From a virus: a stretch of DNA of 64,000 nucleotides. A model generated the notes under the pieces. That model saw only the letters and a program-made list of their open reading frames with translations, was not told the origin of the DNA and made no database searches. The stretch is from IMG/VR virus record IMGVR_UViG_3300017917_003339, positions 1 through 64,000 of that record; one strand, written 5' to 3'. Within the stretch, counting starts at the first letter, position 1. Every line of letters begins with the position of its first letter. Of this stretch, positions 55,958-63,554 are shown one piece after another. A program made the position numbers and the translations under genes.

Positions 55958-58285
55958 TTACTTAAGAAATTTTTTGATTTTTTTGATTTCTTCAAATAAT
56001 TTGTAGTTTTTGAAGTAAGAAGGGATATCTTTGATAAACATGAATCCATTATAGGTGCTGTTATCATCCTTATGGACCACAGTGGTATATATTGAACCGT
56101 TGGTTTTGATTTTGCTTCTGTCGAAGACAATTCTAACCAATTCGTTTTCTATCTCATTGGTGTTTTCATCTTGACCTAAATTTTTAAGTGTTTTTTCAAA
56201 AGCGGTAAGAATATCGTACTTGGTTTTCTTCAGAGCTTCAATTTCATCTTCTGAACGTTCATCTTCCTCATCGTTATCATATATTTTGTCATCTATGATT
56301 TCGTAGATTTCATCTTTTATACGTTGCTCTATCGCAGCACTATCAATATTCATGTTATTATGTTCTCTTATGGTTTCCCATAATTCATCATAACTGCTCG
56401 GTAACTCAGCTTGTTCAAGCATGTCCTCCAACAAAGATTCAAAAGCACTTTCAAAGTCTGTTTTGTCTTTGGTTAAAATATCAGCATCTGAAATCAACGC
56501 ACCAATAAAATTAGGTATTGCTATTGTTATCTCTTTATAGTCTCTACTACGATAACTATATCTATTTGATTCATATGTTATTATTTTTTGAAACTTATTA
56601 CTAAGGTCTGTAAAGGTTTCTTCTTCAGCTTCATCTTGAGCATTTGAATATACTTCGTCTATGTATTCTTTGATTGAATCTTCTACCCCAAATTTTTCTA
56701 ACATAGAAGCTACAATTTCTTGTGTTGGGTTGATTCCATTTTTTCTTAACCTCGTAACCAATTCTGAATCTGTTAAGACTCTTTCAATAAAATGCTGATA
56801 TTCTTCGTCAAGACCATCTCTCCATCCTTCAAAATAACTATCATTCCATGACTGCCAATTGCTATCTGACAATTCAGACATTAAGTCTTCCAAATTATGA
56901 CCAAACTTAACATCAGAACCAAATTCAAATGTAAGTTTATCTGAATAATCGCCATATGTAACAGATACTGTATCTGGTAGCATTTCATTTAAAGTTTCAA
57001 TGGTCGCATCATCTTCTTTATACCTATGTTCAGCACTATGTTTTAACCCATCGATAATTGGTTTAATTTCAGAATAGTTTTTTACCAATTTACCAGAAGC
57101 ATGTTTTTCAAGCATTTCTAATTTATCAGCACCGTTAATAGCAATGAAATTACCAATTTGTTTTTTGTTTAGGCTACTTAAATACGCTGAAATTCTATCG
57201 TCTGGTAAAACAACCAACTCAGTATACATCATACGTAGCCTTTTTCTATTCCAATTGTCAGCGTTCAAATAAGTGTCCAATTTTCTATCACTAATTTGTG
57301 CATAACGCTTAACAAGTTTAGAATTGTTTTTGATACTAGCAAATTGCTCATCATCCAATCCAATACCAAATGAAACATACAAATTCTTTAAGTCATCTGG
57401 CAGCATCAAGAATTGGTTAGTTGAAATTGGCCTTGCAATTGTTGGGTATATATCCAAATAAGCCTTTTTATCTTCGTAGCTAAGACTTTTAAATTCGTTG
57501 TCGCTTATCCCTTTTTTGAATCTCTCATGTTGAGCTCTTTCTTCTGGTGTGAACGGTTTTGGTTTTAATACTTCTTTGATACCAGCTAACTTAGGGTTTA
57601 TTTCAAGTATTTGGTTCCAACTCATTTGATTATCACCATCATTGTTTGCTGATGTAACTATGTATTGTGGTGTTTCGTTATCCTCAGGGTTAAGGTTCTT
57701 AGGTACTTGAATAACAAAGAAGTGGTATCTATTTTCAAAACCACCACTAACACCGCCTTTTTTTGCAATAGCAGCCAATTCTGTTTCAGTTGCTTTAACA
57801 TCCTTAACAAAATAAAATGCTGGTTCGTATGGTTTAAATCTGTAAGTATAGAACATGTTTGAAGAGTCTGACCTTGCGACACACCAGCTATATGGCATAC
57901 TACCCTTGTATTTGATACAAGCTCTTGGGCTATCAGCATAAAACACTTCTATACCATTTTTGTTGTACACAGCTTCACCAGTAACTTCAATGTCATTTTG
58001 TTTCGACATAGTTGTTTTTACTGGTCTTTGACCTGACACATAATCTACAAGAGTTTCAAGGGAATTAAATGTTGGATAAGCGTCAATATCAAAACGCTTT
58101 TCAACTGGAACGTTGATATTTAAGTCTGGATTAAGAGCTTCACGGTATTTACCATCTCTAATGTGTTTGAATTTTTCAATATAACTTCTAACAATCTCTG
58201 GGTCATAATTTTGAGATATGAATTTCTGAGTTTGACTCTTGAAATCTTCGTTTAATAAATCCTTGAATATATGTGATAATTTCAT
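55958..58285 (-). CDS. Large late protein, probable virion/internal protein
   Basis: 775 aa; GATATTTATA upstream; N-terminal FKDLLNE. Confidence 0.55.
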   Translation of the reverse strand: MKLSHIFKDLLNEDFKSQTQKFISQNYDPEIVRSYIEKFKHIRDGKYREALNPDLNINVPVEKRFDIDAYPTFNSLETLVDYVSGQRPVKTTMSKQNDIEVTGEAVYNKNGIEVFYADSPRACIKYKGSMPYSWCVARSDSSNMFYTYRFKPYEPAFYFVKDVKATETELAAIAKKGGVSGGFENRYHFFVIQVPKNLNPEDNETPQYIVTSANNDGDNQMSWNQILEINPKLAGIKEVLKPKPFTPEERAQHERFKKGISDNEFKSLSYEDKKAYLDIYPTIARPISTNQFLMLPDDLKNLYVSFGIGLDDEQFASIKNNSKLVKRYAQISDRKLDTYLNADNWNRKRLRMMYTELVVLPDDRISAYLSSLNKKQIGNFIAINGADKLEMLEKHASGKLVKNYSEIKPIIDGLKHSAEHRYKEDDATIETLNEMLPDTVSVTYGDYSDKLTFEFGSDVKFGHNLEDLMSELSDSNWQSWNDSYFEGWRDGLDEEYQHFIERVLTDSELVTRLRKNGINPTQEIVASMLEKFGVEDSIKEYIDEVYSNAQDEAEEETFTDLSNKFQKIITYESNRYSYRSRDYKEITIAIPNFIGALISDADILTKDKTDFESAFESLLEDMLEQAELPSSYDELWETIREHNNMNIDSAAIEQRIKDEIYEIIDDKIYDNDEEDERSEDEIEALKKTKYDILTAFEKTLKNLGQDENTNEIENELVRIVFDRSKIKTNGSIYTTVVHKDDNSTYNGFMFIKDIPSYFKNYKLFEEIKKIKKFLK

Positions 58286-58317
58286 GCTAATTTTTTAATA
58301 TAAATATCACAAAAAAA

Positions 58318-58842
58318 CTAAACAGACATCCTTTTAACCATCTTTCTGTATATTCTATCTTCAAAATCTTTCATCAAAGAATCTGGGATTCTAATTCCTT
58401 TAGATTCGAATTCACCTATAATCTCACGTTTAAGAAATGTACCCTCAACAATTCCATCACCCCATTGGTCACACCAAAGTCCCCAGCTTTTCTTACCAAC
58501 AATCACAGCCTTGACTATGTTTGGGTGTCTGGTTACTATGGGTTTTCCACCAGAGTATTGTCCGTTATCGAATTTTCTAAATGTGTTTTTACCTTCGGAT
58601 TCATTGACATCAAATTCAACATTGACGATAGAACCGCAAAAGGTAAGAATACCTTTCCTATAAGAAGATAGAAAGAAATTGAAGATTTCATTGAAGTTGT
58701 CGGAATACTTTGATAACTTTCTATCAAGTCTGTTACCAGTTTCCTTTTTGCGTAATTCAATACGCTCTTGTTTTGTTAGGCTCCCAAGCGGTCGCCTCCT
58801 GATTGTGTTGTTTTCATATTCTTGTGTTTTTTGTTTAACCAA
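58318..58842 (-). CDS. Hypothetical protein
   Basis: ORF on coding strand. Confidence 0.5.
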   Translation of the reverse strand: MVKQKTQEYENNTIRRRPLGSLTKQERIELRKKETGNRLDRKLSKYSDNFNEIFNFFLSSYRKGILTFCGSIVNVEFDVNESEGKNTFRKFDNGQYSGGKPIVTRHPNIVKAVIVGKKSWGLWCDQWGDGIVEGTFLKREIIGEFESKGIRIPDSLMKDFEDRIYRKMVKRMSV

Positions 58843-59579
58843 TTTAATTTATTCAAGTCAATACTTGAATTAGATTTTACAATATGACCATCTGGAAAAT
58901 GTTTTATCATATCAGACATACTCAATACTGGAAAATCTTTGTCAAAGTTTGCGTTTGGATGTGACCAACCAAATTTAAACAACCAATTCAACAACGCATC
59001 AACATCATAGTCATTATAATCATCCGTAGTACAGTTACCAGTTCTTTTAGATAACTTACTACCCTTATAAAACAATAAACCAGCATGTTGAACATTTGGA
59101 AATTGTTTTTGACCATATACGTTGCAAATCATATCCCACAACTTTTGTTGTTTTGGTAAATTTGTAATGTGGTCCACACCTCTGATTATGTCTGTAATGT
59201 CATAATCATAGTCATCTAATATCGAAGCAAAATTATAGGTTGGATAACCGTTATCTCTAAGGATAACCATATCGTAATCTCCCATGTTTACGTTTAACGT
59301 ACCATCGTCTTTTTTAAACCCTATAGCTGTTGCCACTTGTTTGTATCGGTCAAGTCTGCTACTTTGCTTAAATGTTACATCATAATTTAACCCAAAGTAA
59401 TTCATTTGTTGATATATGAAATCTACATCTGAATCATTGTTCCTAGACAAATCTGTGTCATCGATTCTAAGGATAAAATTACCATCATTTGATTTACTCA
59501 ATAAATAATTGAATAAAGCAGTACGTAATGTCCCTAAATGAAATTTGCCCGTTGGTGAAGGGGCAATTCTTGTTTTCAT
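58776..59579 (-). CDS. Truncated glutamyl-tRNA synthetase-like protein (GluQ/YadB-like catalytic domain)
   Basis: TRIAPSPTG.FHLGTLRTA, LRIDDTD, PTYNFA, IRGVDH, KLSKR; no anticodon-binding domain. Confidence 0.85.
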   Translation of the reverse strand: MKTRIAPSPTGKFHLGTLRTALFNYLLSKSNDGNFILRIDDTDLSRNNDSDVDFIYQQMNYFGLNYDVTFKQSSRLDRYKQVATAIGFKKDDGTLNVNMGDYDMVILRDNGYPTYNFASILDDYDYDITDIIRGVDHITNLPKQQKLWDMICNVYGQKQFPNVQHAGLLFYKGSKLSKRTGNCTTDDYNDYDVDALLNWLFKFGWSHPNANFDKDFPVLSMSDMIKHFPDGHIVKSNSSIDLNKLNWLNKKHKNMKTTQSGGDRLGA

Positions 59580-59600
59580 AATACTATTTTTTATATTTTG

Positions 59601-59673
59601 TGGAGCTGACGGGAGTTGAACCCGCATCCTCTACCTTGCAAAGGTAGCGCTCAGCCAGTTGAGCTACAGCCCC
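59601..59673 (-). tRNA. tRNA-Ala(TGC)
   Basis: G3.U70; CTACC-TTTGCAA-GGTAG. Confidence 0.9.
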
Positions 59674-59674
59674 A

Positions 59675-59731
59675 AAATTTCTAATTCTACGCTTACAATA
59701 TGTAGTTCTATGAATTAGTAACAGTCTCATC
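59675..59731 (-). repeat. Conserved inter-tRNA element, copy 3
   Basis: GATGAGACTGTTA-CTAATTC-ATAG..GCGTA-GAATTAG-AAATTT. Confidence 0.8.
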
Positions 59732-59735
59732 TGTG

Positions 59736-59856
59736 CGGACGCAGTGGGACTCGAACCCACAGCTTTTTCGTGACAGGAAAATTAACTAATGCTGCTGGAG
59801 ATAACCTTGTCAGGTTATGACTTGTTTTTAACATGTTACCCTTACACCATACGTCC
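59736..59856 (-). ncRNA. tRNA-Asp(GTC) with ~50-nt helix+CAGCAG insertion before the anticodon stem
   Basis: GGACGTA/TGCGTCC-G73; TTTTC-CTGTCAC-GAAAA; insert ATAACCT-GACA-AGGTTAT-CTCCAGCAG. Confidence 0.8.
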
Positions 59857-59994
59857 AAAAATACCTTTACATTTCAAAGGTTAAGCAGGTTTAGTTGCGG
59901 ACTTTCCTTCCAGTCAGTGCTTCTTTTTCCAGAGATTGCCTCTATACGCACGTTATCTGACAATTTTAACACGAAGCGACCGTGTTAGCAATCG

Positions 59995-60068
59995 TGGAGA
60001 CTGCGGGAGTCGAACCCGCGACCTTCTGCGTGCAAGGCAGACGCTCTAGCCAGCTGAGCTAAGTCCCC
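59995..60068 (-). tRNA. tRNA-Ala(TGC)
   Basis: TCTGC-CTTGCAC-GCAGA; G3.U70. Confidence 0.92.
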
Positions 60069-60078
60069 AAATATTTTA

Positions 60079-60149
60079 GAAGCGCAATTGGTTTCGAACC
60101 AATGTTTCCAGCTACGCGCCAGCGTCCTAAGCCCCTAGACGATACACTT
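60079..60149 (-). ncRNA. tRNA-like RNA (Glu-type D arm) with 5-nt loop
   Basis: GTCTAG..AGGAC; CTGGC-GCGTA-GCTGG; ATTGG-TTCGAAA-CCAAT. Confidence 0.55.
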
Positions 60150-60251
60150 TAACTACTCTCAATACAACTGCCATCATATATTGAGTAGAATGGCCTTGTT
60201 ACTTCACCTTTCAGTTGGCAGACCTACTTGGTTTTTCACTCACCTTTTTTG

Positions 60252-60325
60252 CCGAGATACTGGGATTCGAACCCAGTTCGCACGCCGTGACAGGGCGGCA
60301 TCCTTCGCCAGTGGACCTTACCTCG
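60252..60325 (-). tRNA. tRNA-Asp(GTC)
   Basis: CGCC-CTGTCAC-GGCG; G73. Confidence 0.82.
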
Positions 60326-60331
60326 AATCTA

Positions 60332-60408
60332 TGGCGGTCTGTACGGGACTCGAACCCGTGACCTTCGCCGTGACAGGGCGACATTGTAACCAACTCTACT
60401 AACAGACC
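60332..60408 (-). tRNA. tRNA-Asp(GTC)
   Basis: TCGCC-CTGTCAC-GGCGA; GCCA end. Confidence 0.92.
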
Positions 60409-60414
60409 AAATAT

Positions 60415-60490
60415 TGGTAGTCTGTACGGGATTCGAACCCGTGTTTTACCCGTGAAAGGGGCACGTCCTGACCAACTAGACGAACAGACC
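60415..60490 (-). tRNA. tRNA-Glu(TTC)
   Basis: TGCCC-CTTTCAC-GGGTA; CCA encoded. Confidence 0.9.
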
Positions 60491-60524
60491 ATTTAGATTT
60501 TTGATTACTGGAATCTTAACCAGA

Positions 60525-61163
60525 TTATTTTCTCCCTTTTAACCAACCTTCGTTTAAATAAGTTTCAAGGTCTTCTTTTTTAATTTTTTTGTTAGTACCA
60601 TCCTTGGTTATCCAACATGTACCATATTGACTGTTTGTTTCACCAGTCCCAGTACCTTTTCTTTTTTCTGATATTAATTGTTTAGTTTCTTCCGAATGAC
60701 ATTTACCTTCAAAAGTATTATAATTAATTTTACCTAATTTATGTGCTTTTTTTAATGTTTCAGATGATATTTCTGTATGTTTTTTAAAAAACTCTTCATC
60801 AATTTTTAATTTGTCAGAAAACGCTTTTCCACCAGCCTTAATACATTTCTCCATATGTTCTTTATTAGCAAAACCACCTTGACCACCTTCTTTTAAATTC
60901 ATACATAAACCATCAGATATCAACTCTTTTGTTATAATTTCAATCTCTCTAAGAACTAATTTTTCTCTTGTTGGTAAAAATTCTAATATTTCTTTTGTAT
61001 GGTTTTCAACACCATATTTCCTAATACTATATCTTAATATCTTACCACTTCCCATGTAACCGTCATCTAATTTCGTAGTTGAATGCATTCCAATATACCA
61101 TCTTCCTGTTACATTACATGTTGTTTTATATATGTAATGTATATTTGCTTTTTTTCTTGCCAT
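60525..61163 (-). CDS. GIY-YIG (Seg-like) homing endonuclease with NUMOD3-like region
   Basis: YIYKTT..TGRWYIG.H..YMGSG...NLKEGG; HSEETKQLISEK. Confidence 0.88.
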   Translation of the reverse strand: MARKKANIHYIYKTTCNVTGRWYIGMHSTTKLDDGYMGSGKILRYSIRKYGVENHTKEILEFLPTREKLVLREIEIITKELISDGLCMNLKEGGQGGFANKEHMEKCIKAGGKAFSDKLKIDEEFFKKHTEISSETLKKAHKLGKINYNTFEGKCHSEETKQLISEKRKGTGTGETNSQYGTCWITKDGTNKKIKKEDLETYLNEGWLKGRK

Positions 61164-61220
61164 TTCAGTTTATCTTTAATAATAAATATCAAGATAAACT
61201 GAAAAGTACAAAAAAGTTTA

Positions 61221-61299
61221 TGGTAGCCTCGACGGGGCTCGAACCCGCATTGCACACCTTGAAAGGATGGCTTCCTAGTCCGATTTAGAAGACAAGGCC
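61221..61299 (-). tRNA. tRNA-Glu(TTC)
   Basis: loop CTTTCAA; imperfect anticodon stem; CCA encoded. Confidence 0.78.
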
Positions 61300-61356
61300 A
61301 TGTTTATCGTTTCGGTTACCCCCACGCAGTGCACTTACGCAGGGACCTACTCCTTG

Positions 61357-61520
61357 TAGGAATGAGTGGATTCGAACCACTGACCTTCTCCCTTATGATG
61401 GGAGTCGTTCTGAATGTGTTTTTTCAACCAACTTAATGGTAATTCATTAAGCACACACCCCGATTGTTGTTATTTACCATCTCCTTAAGGAGCCAATCAG
61501 ACCGCTGAACGTACATTCCT
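61357..61520 (-). ncRNA. tRNA(CAT), Ile2/Met, with ~90-nt structured insertion in the D loop
   Basis: AGGAATG/CATTCCT; GTTC..GAAC D stem split by insert; CTCCC-ATCATAA-GGGAG. Confidence 0.75.
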
Positions 61521-61522
61521 AG

Positions 61523-61595
61523 TGGTACCTCCCAGATTCGAACTGGGGACACCTGCATCTTCAGTGCAGTGCTCTACCAACTGAGCTAAGGTACC
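61523..61595 (-). tRNA. tRNA-Phe(GAA)
   Basis: CTGCA-CTGAAGA-TGCAG. Confidence 0.92.
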
Positions 61596-61605
61596 TTTTA
61601 ATTTC

Positions 61606-61640
61606 GTTGCAAAGATACAACTTATTTTTTAATCTCCAAA
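61606..61640 (-). promoter_or_regulatory. Internal host-type promoter (TTTG..TATCTTTG)
   Basis: TTTGGAGATTAAAAAATAAGTTGTATCTTTGCAAC. Confidence 0.55.
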
Positions 61641-61674
61641 TTTTCAATGAACTTTTTTTATTTTTTTTTTCTTG

Positions 61675-61745
61675 TGGAATCAACGGGAGTCGACCCCGTG
61701 TCTCTGGCTCTTCAGGCCAGCGCTAAACCCCTCAGCTATGACTCC
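61675..61745 (-). tRNA. tRNA-Phe(GAA), variant T loop
   Basis: CTGGC-CTGAAGA-GCCAG; T loop GTCGACT. Confidence 0.8.
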
Positions 61746-61758
61746 AATTTTTGTACAT

Positions 61759-61789
61759 AAAAAAAGCCTGACTTATTAGGGTCAGGCTT
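61759..61789 (-). terminator. Attenuator terminator B
   Basis: AAGCCTGAC-CCTAATAA-GTCAGGCTT-TTTTT just 5' of first tRNA-Phe. Confidence 0.88.
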
Positions 61790-61817
61790 GTTACTATGGT
61801 TGAGTTATTTCTAACTG

Positions 61818-61907
61818 TTAACTATTGGCAACACACGACCCTCCAGAAGAGCAATCCTCCTCGGCAGCAAAAAATGCAAAATCAAATATGTTAGCAAAAG
61901 TTCTCAT
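61818..61907 (-). CDS. Leader peptide B (29 aa) MRTFANIFDFAFFAAEEDCSSGGSCVANS
   Basis: Manual translation; codons 4-18 almost only F,A,D,E,I; contains antiterminator AGGGTCG. Confidence 0.85.
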   Translation of the reverse strand: MRTFANIFDFAFFAAEEDCSSGGSCVANS

Positions 61908-61924
61908 AGTAATATTTTTATGTT

Positions 61925-62015
61925 TGTTTATAAATATGTTCTTTTTTTAAAAAGTTTATTTTTTGTTTGTTTTTAAATTCTTTGCAAATATACGAACTAT
62001 TTTAATACTAGTCAA
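61925..62015 (-). promoter_or_regulatory. Dual promoter of leader B
   Basis: TTGAC at 62011-62015, TATATTTG at 61985-61992, ACATATTTATAAAC near 61926-61939. Confidence 0.7.
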
Positions 62016-62042
62016 GTTTTTTTGCAACTTTTTTAAATTATT

Positions 62043-62630
62043 TTATAATTCGTTGTTTCTCAATTGATTAAGATAAGCTTCCATTTCATCTTTTTCATCG
62101 TATTTGAATGTTTTTAACACTCTCACGCTTTTGGTTGAAATTGATTTACCACCAGCTGCTCCTTTCCTAACATATATTCTATCAGAATCTAACTGATGTG
62201 CTGGTACAGCTTGATAGTAATATTTAGGGTCTAAATATGCCATTGGTATTATGATTTCAATAACTGCATAATCTGGACCTTCAAATTCTTCTGTCATGTT
62301 GAATAAATCATCGTGGTGTTTATGTTTGAATTTAACACCTAAGTCAGTCATCATAGAAGGAACGTATTTTGCATCTGGATGTTGTTGTTTAATATACTGC
62401 ATCATCTTAGAACCAATTCCTAACCTTCTATATTTTGGTAAGACTATAATATTACCAACAGTCAATTCACCATCGTATATTGTGTATTGTACCATTCCAA
62501 GAATGTCATCATTCAAATACACACCCAACTCATAATCATCTTGACCATGGTGATAACCCATGTGTTCTGTTCTATAATCTAACTCGCCAGTGAGCCCTTC
62601 TCTTAACAATTTTTTTATTAGTGCTTTCAT
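62043..62630 (-). CDS. GNAT-domain late protein
   Basis: MKALIKKLLREG; PKYRRLGIGSKMM. Confidence 0.7.
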   Translation of the reverse strand: MKALIKKLLREGLTGELDYRTEHMGYHHGQDDYELGVYLNDDILGMVQYTIYDGELTVGNIIVLPKYRRLGIGSKMMQYIKQQHPDAKYVPSMMTDLGVKFKHKHHDDLFNMTEEFEGPDYAVIEIIIPMAYLDPKYYYQAVPAHQLDSDRIYVRKGAAGGKSISTKSVRVLKTFKYDEKDEMEAYLNQLRNNEL

Positions 62631-62659
62631 ACTAATAAATATGTCAAAGAATTGATTTG

Positions 62660-62742
62660 TACCGCTGACTGGACTCGAACCAGCACACCCTTTCGGGCAC
62701 CAGATTCTTAGTCTGGCGTGTCTACCATTCCACCACAGCGGC
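62660..62742 (-). tRNA. tRNA-Leu(AAG)
   Basis: CCAGA-CTAAGAA-TCTGG; long variable arm. Confidence 0.88.
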
Positions 62743-62747
62743 AGGTA

Positions 62748-62836
62748 CAAGATAGTTAATTTTGTGGATTTGAACCACTTCGTTCGCATTTTAAGTGTGA
62801 ATTTTTAACCAATTTTGTTTGCTGAAACTATCTTTT
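62748..62836 (-). ncRNA. Helix+CAGCAA RNA with Leu(TAA) anticodon hairpin and T arm but no acceptor stem
   Basis: AAGATAGTT-TCAGCAA..TTCACA-CTTAAAA-TGCGAA..GTGG-TTCAAAT-CCAC..AACTATCTT-G. Confidence 0.72.
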
Positions 62837-62837
62837 G

Positions 62838-62912
62838 TAGGTCTGGAGGGATTCGAACCCCCGACTTTTTCCTTGTAAGAGAAACACTCTGAACCAACTG
62901 AGTTACAGACCC
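62838..62912 (-). tRNA. tRNA-Val(TAC)
   Basis: TTTCT-CTTACAA-GGAAA. Confidence 0.9.
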
Positions 62913-62921
62913 ATTATATTG

Positions 62922-63004
62922 TACCGCTGGCGAGACTCGAACTCGCACGCTTATTTCAGCACTGGTTTCTAAGACCAGCGGGTCTACCATTCCCCCACAG
63001 CGGC
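62922..63004 (-). tRNA. tRNA-Leu(TAG)
   Basis: CTGGT-CTTAGAA-ACCAG. Confidence 0.92.
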
Positions 63005-63014
63005 ATATATGATG

Positions 63015-63155
63015 TTAAGCTTCTTCTAGCTCAACATCTTCAATTTCTTTATCTTGTTCTAATTTTTTAGCACATGTAATGTGCATAAATTTTTTGTCTA
63101 CTACTAAAGCAGCACCGTGGATAACACCACCACATTCACAACAATTAAACTTCAT
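63015..63155 (-). CDS. Small Zn-binding protein (46 aa)
   Basis: MKFNCCECGG...MHITC. Confidence 0.55.
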   Translation of the reverse strand: MKFNCCECGGVIHGAALVVDKKFMHITCAKKLEQDKEIEDVELEEA

Positions 63156-63188
63156 ACTTCCATAATTTTAATTAACACGTTATTTTTG

Positions 63189-63272
63189 TAGCCAGAGTGG
63201 GAATCGAACCCACACGTCCTTGCGGACACCAGATTTTGAGTCTGGCGCGTCTACCAATTCCGCCATCTGGCC
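63189..63272 (-). tRNA. tRNA-Leu(CAA)
   Basis: CCAGA-CTCAAAA-TCTGG. Confidence 0.92.
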
Positions 63273-63277
63273 AGTTG

Positions 63278-63363
63278 TAGCCGAGGAGGGACTCGAACCC
63301 TCACGCCCATTACTGAGCACGGGATTTTAAGTCCCGCGTGTCTACCAATTCCACCACTCGGCC
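63278..63363 (-). tRNA. tRNA-Leu(TAA)
   Basis: CGGGA-CTTAAAA-TCCCG. Confidence 0.92.
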
Positions 63364-63464
63364 ATTTATGTGTTGTGAGAACTGTACCGTAGGCTATTCT
63401 CCGCATACCACATGGGTATTGTTCTATCGCCATAGCAGCCTCCATAAAGGACAACACATATTTT

Positions 63465-63542
63465 TGGTACACCCAACTGGATTCGAACCAGTGGCCTCTT
63501 GCGTGTAAAACAAGCGCTCTCAACCAACTGAGCTATGGGTGC
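63465..63542 (-). tRNA. tRNA-Val(TAC)
   Basis: CTTGT-TTTACAC-GCAAG; CCA encoded. Confidence 0.9.
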
Positions 63543-63554
63543 ATATGGTAGGGT

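Noticed and set aside
59595-59680. Possible tmRNA 3' end given smpB
   Set aside because: It folds as a complete tRNA-Ala(TGC); no tag reading frame or full tmRNA was seen in the window.
59878-59992. RNase P RNA-like words GGAAAGTCC and AAACCTGCTTA
   Set aside because: The two motifs are adjacent and cannot form the P4 helix; the region is far too short.
85-62535. Numerous plus-strand ORFs in the ORF track
   Set aside because: They are antisense shadows of well-supported minus-strand genes or tRNAs with no recognisable motifs; only 38385-38537 has its own promoter motif and terminator.
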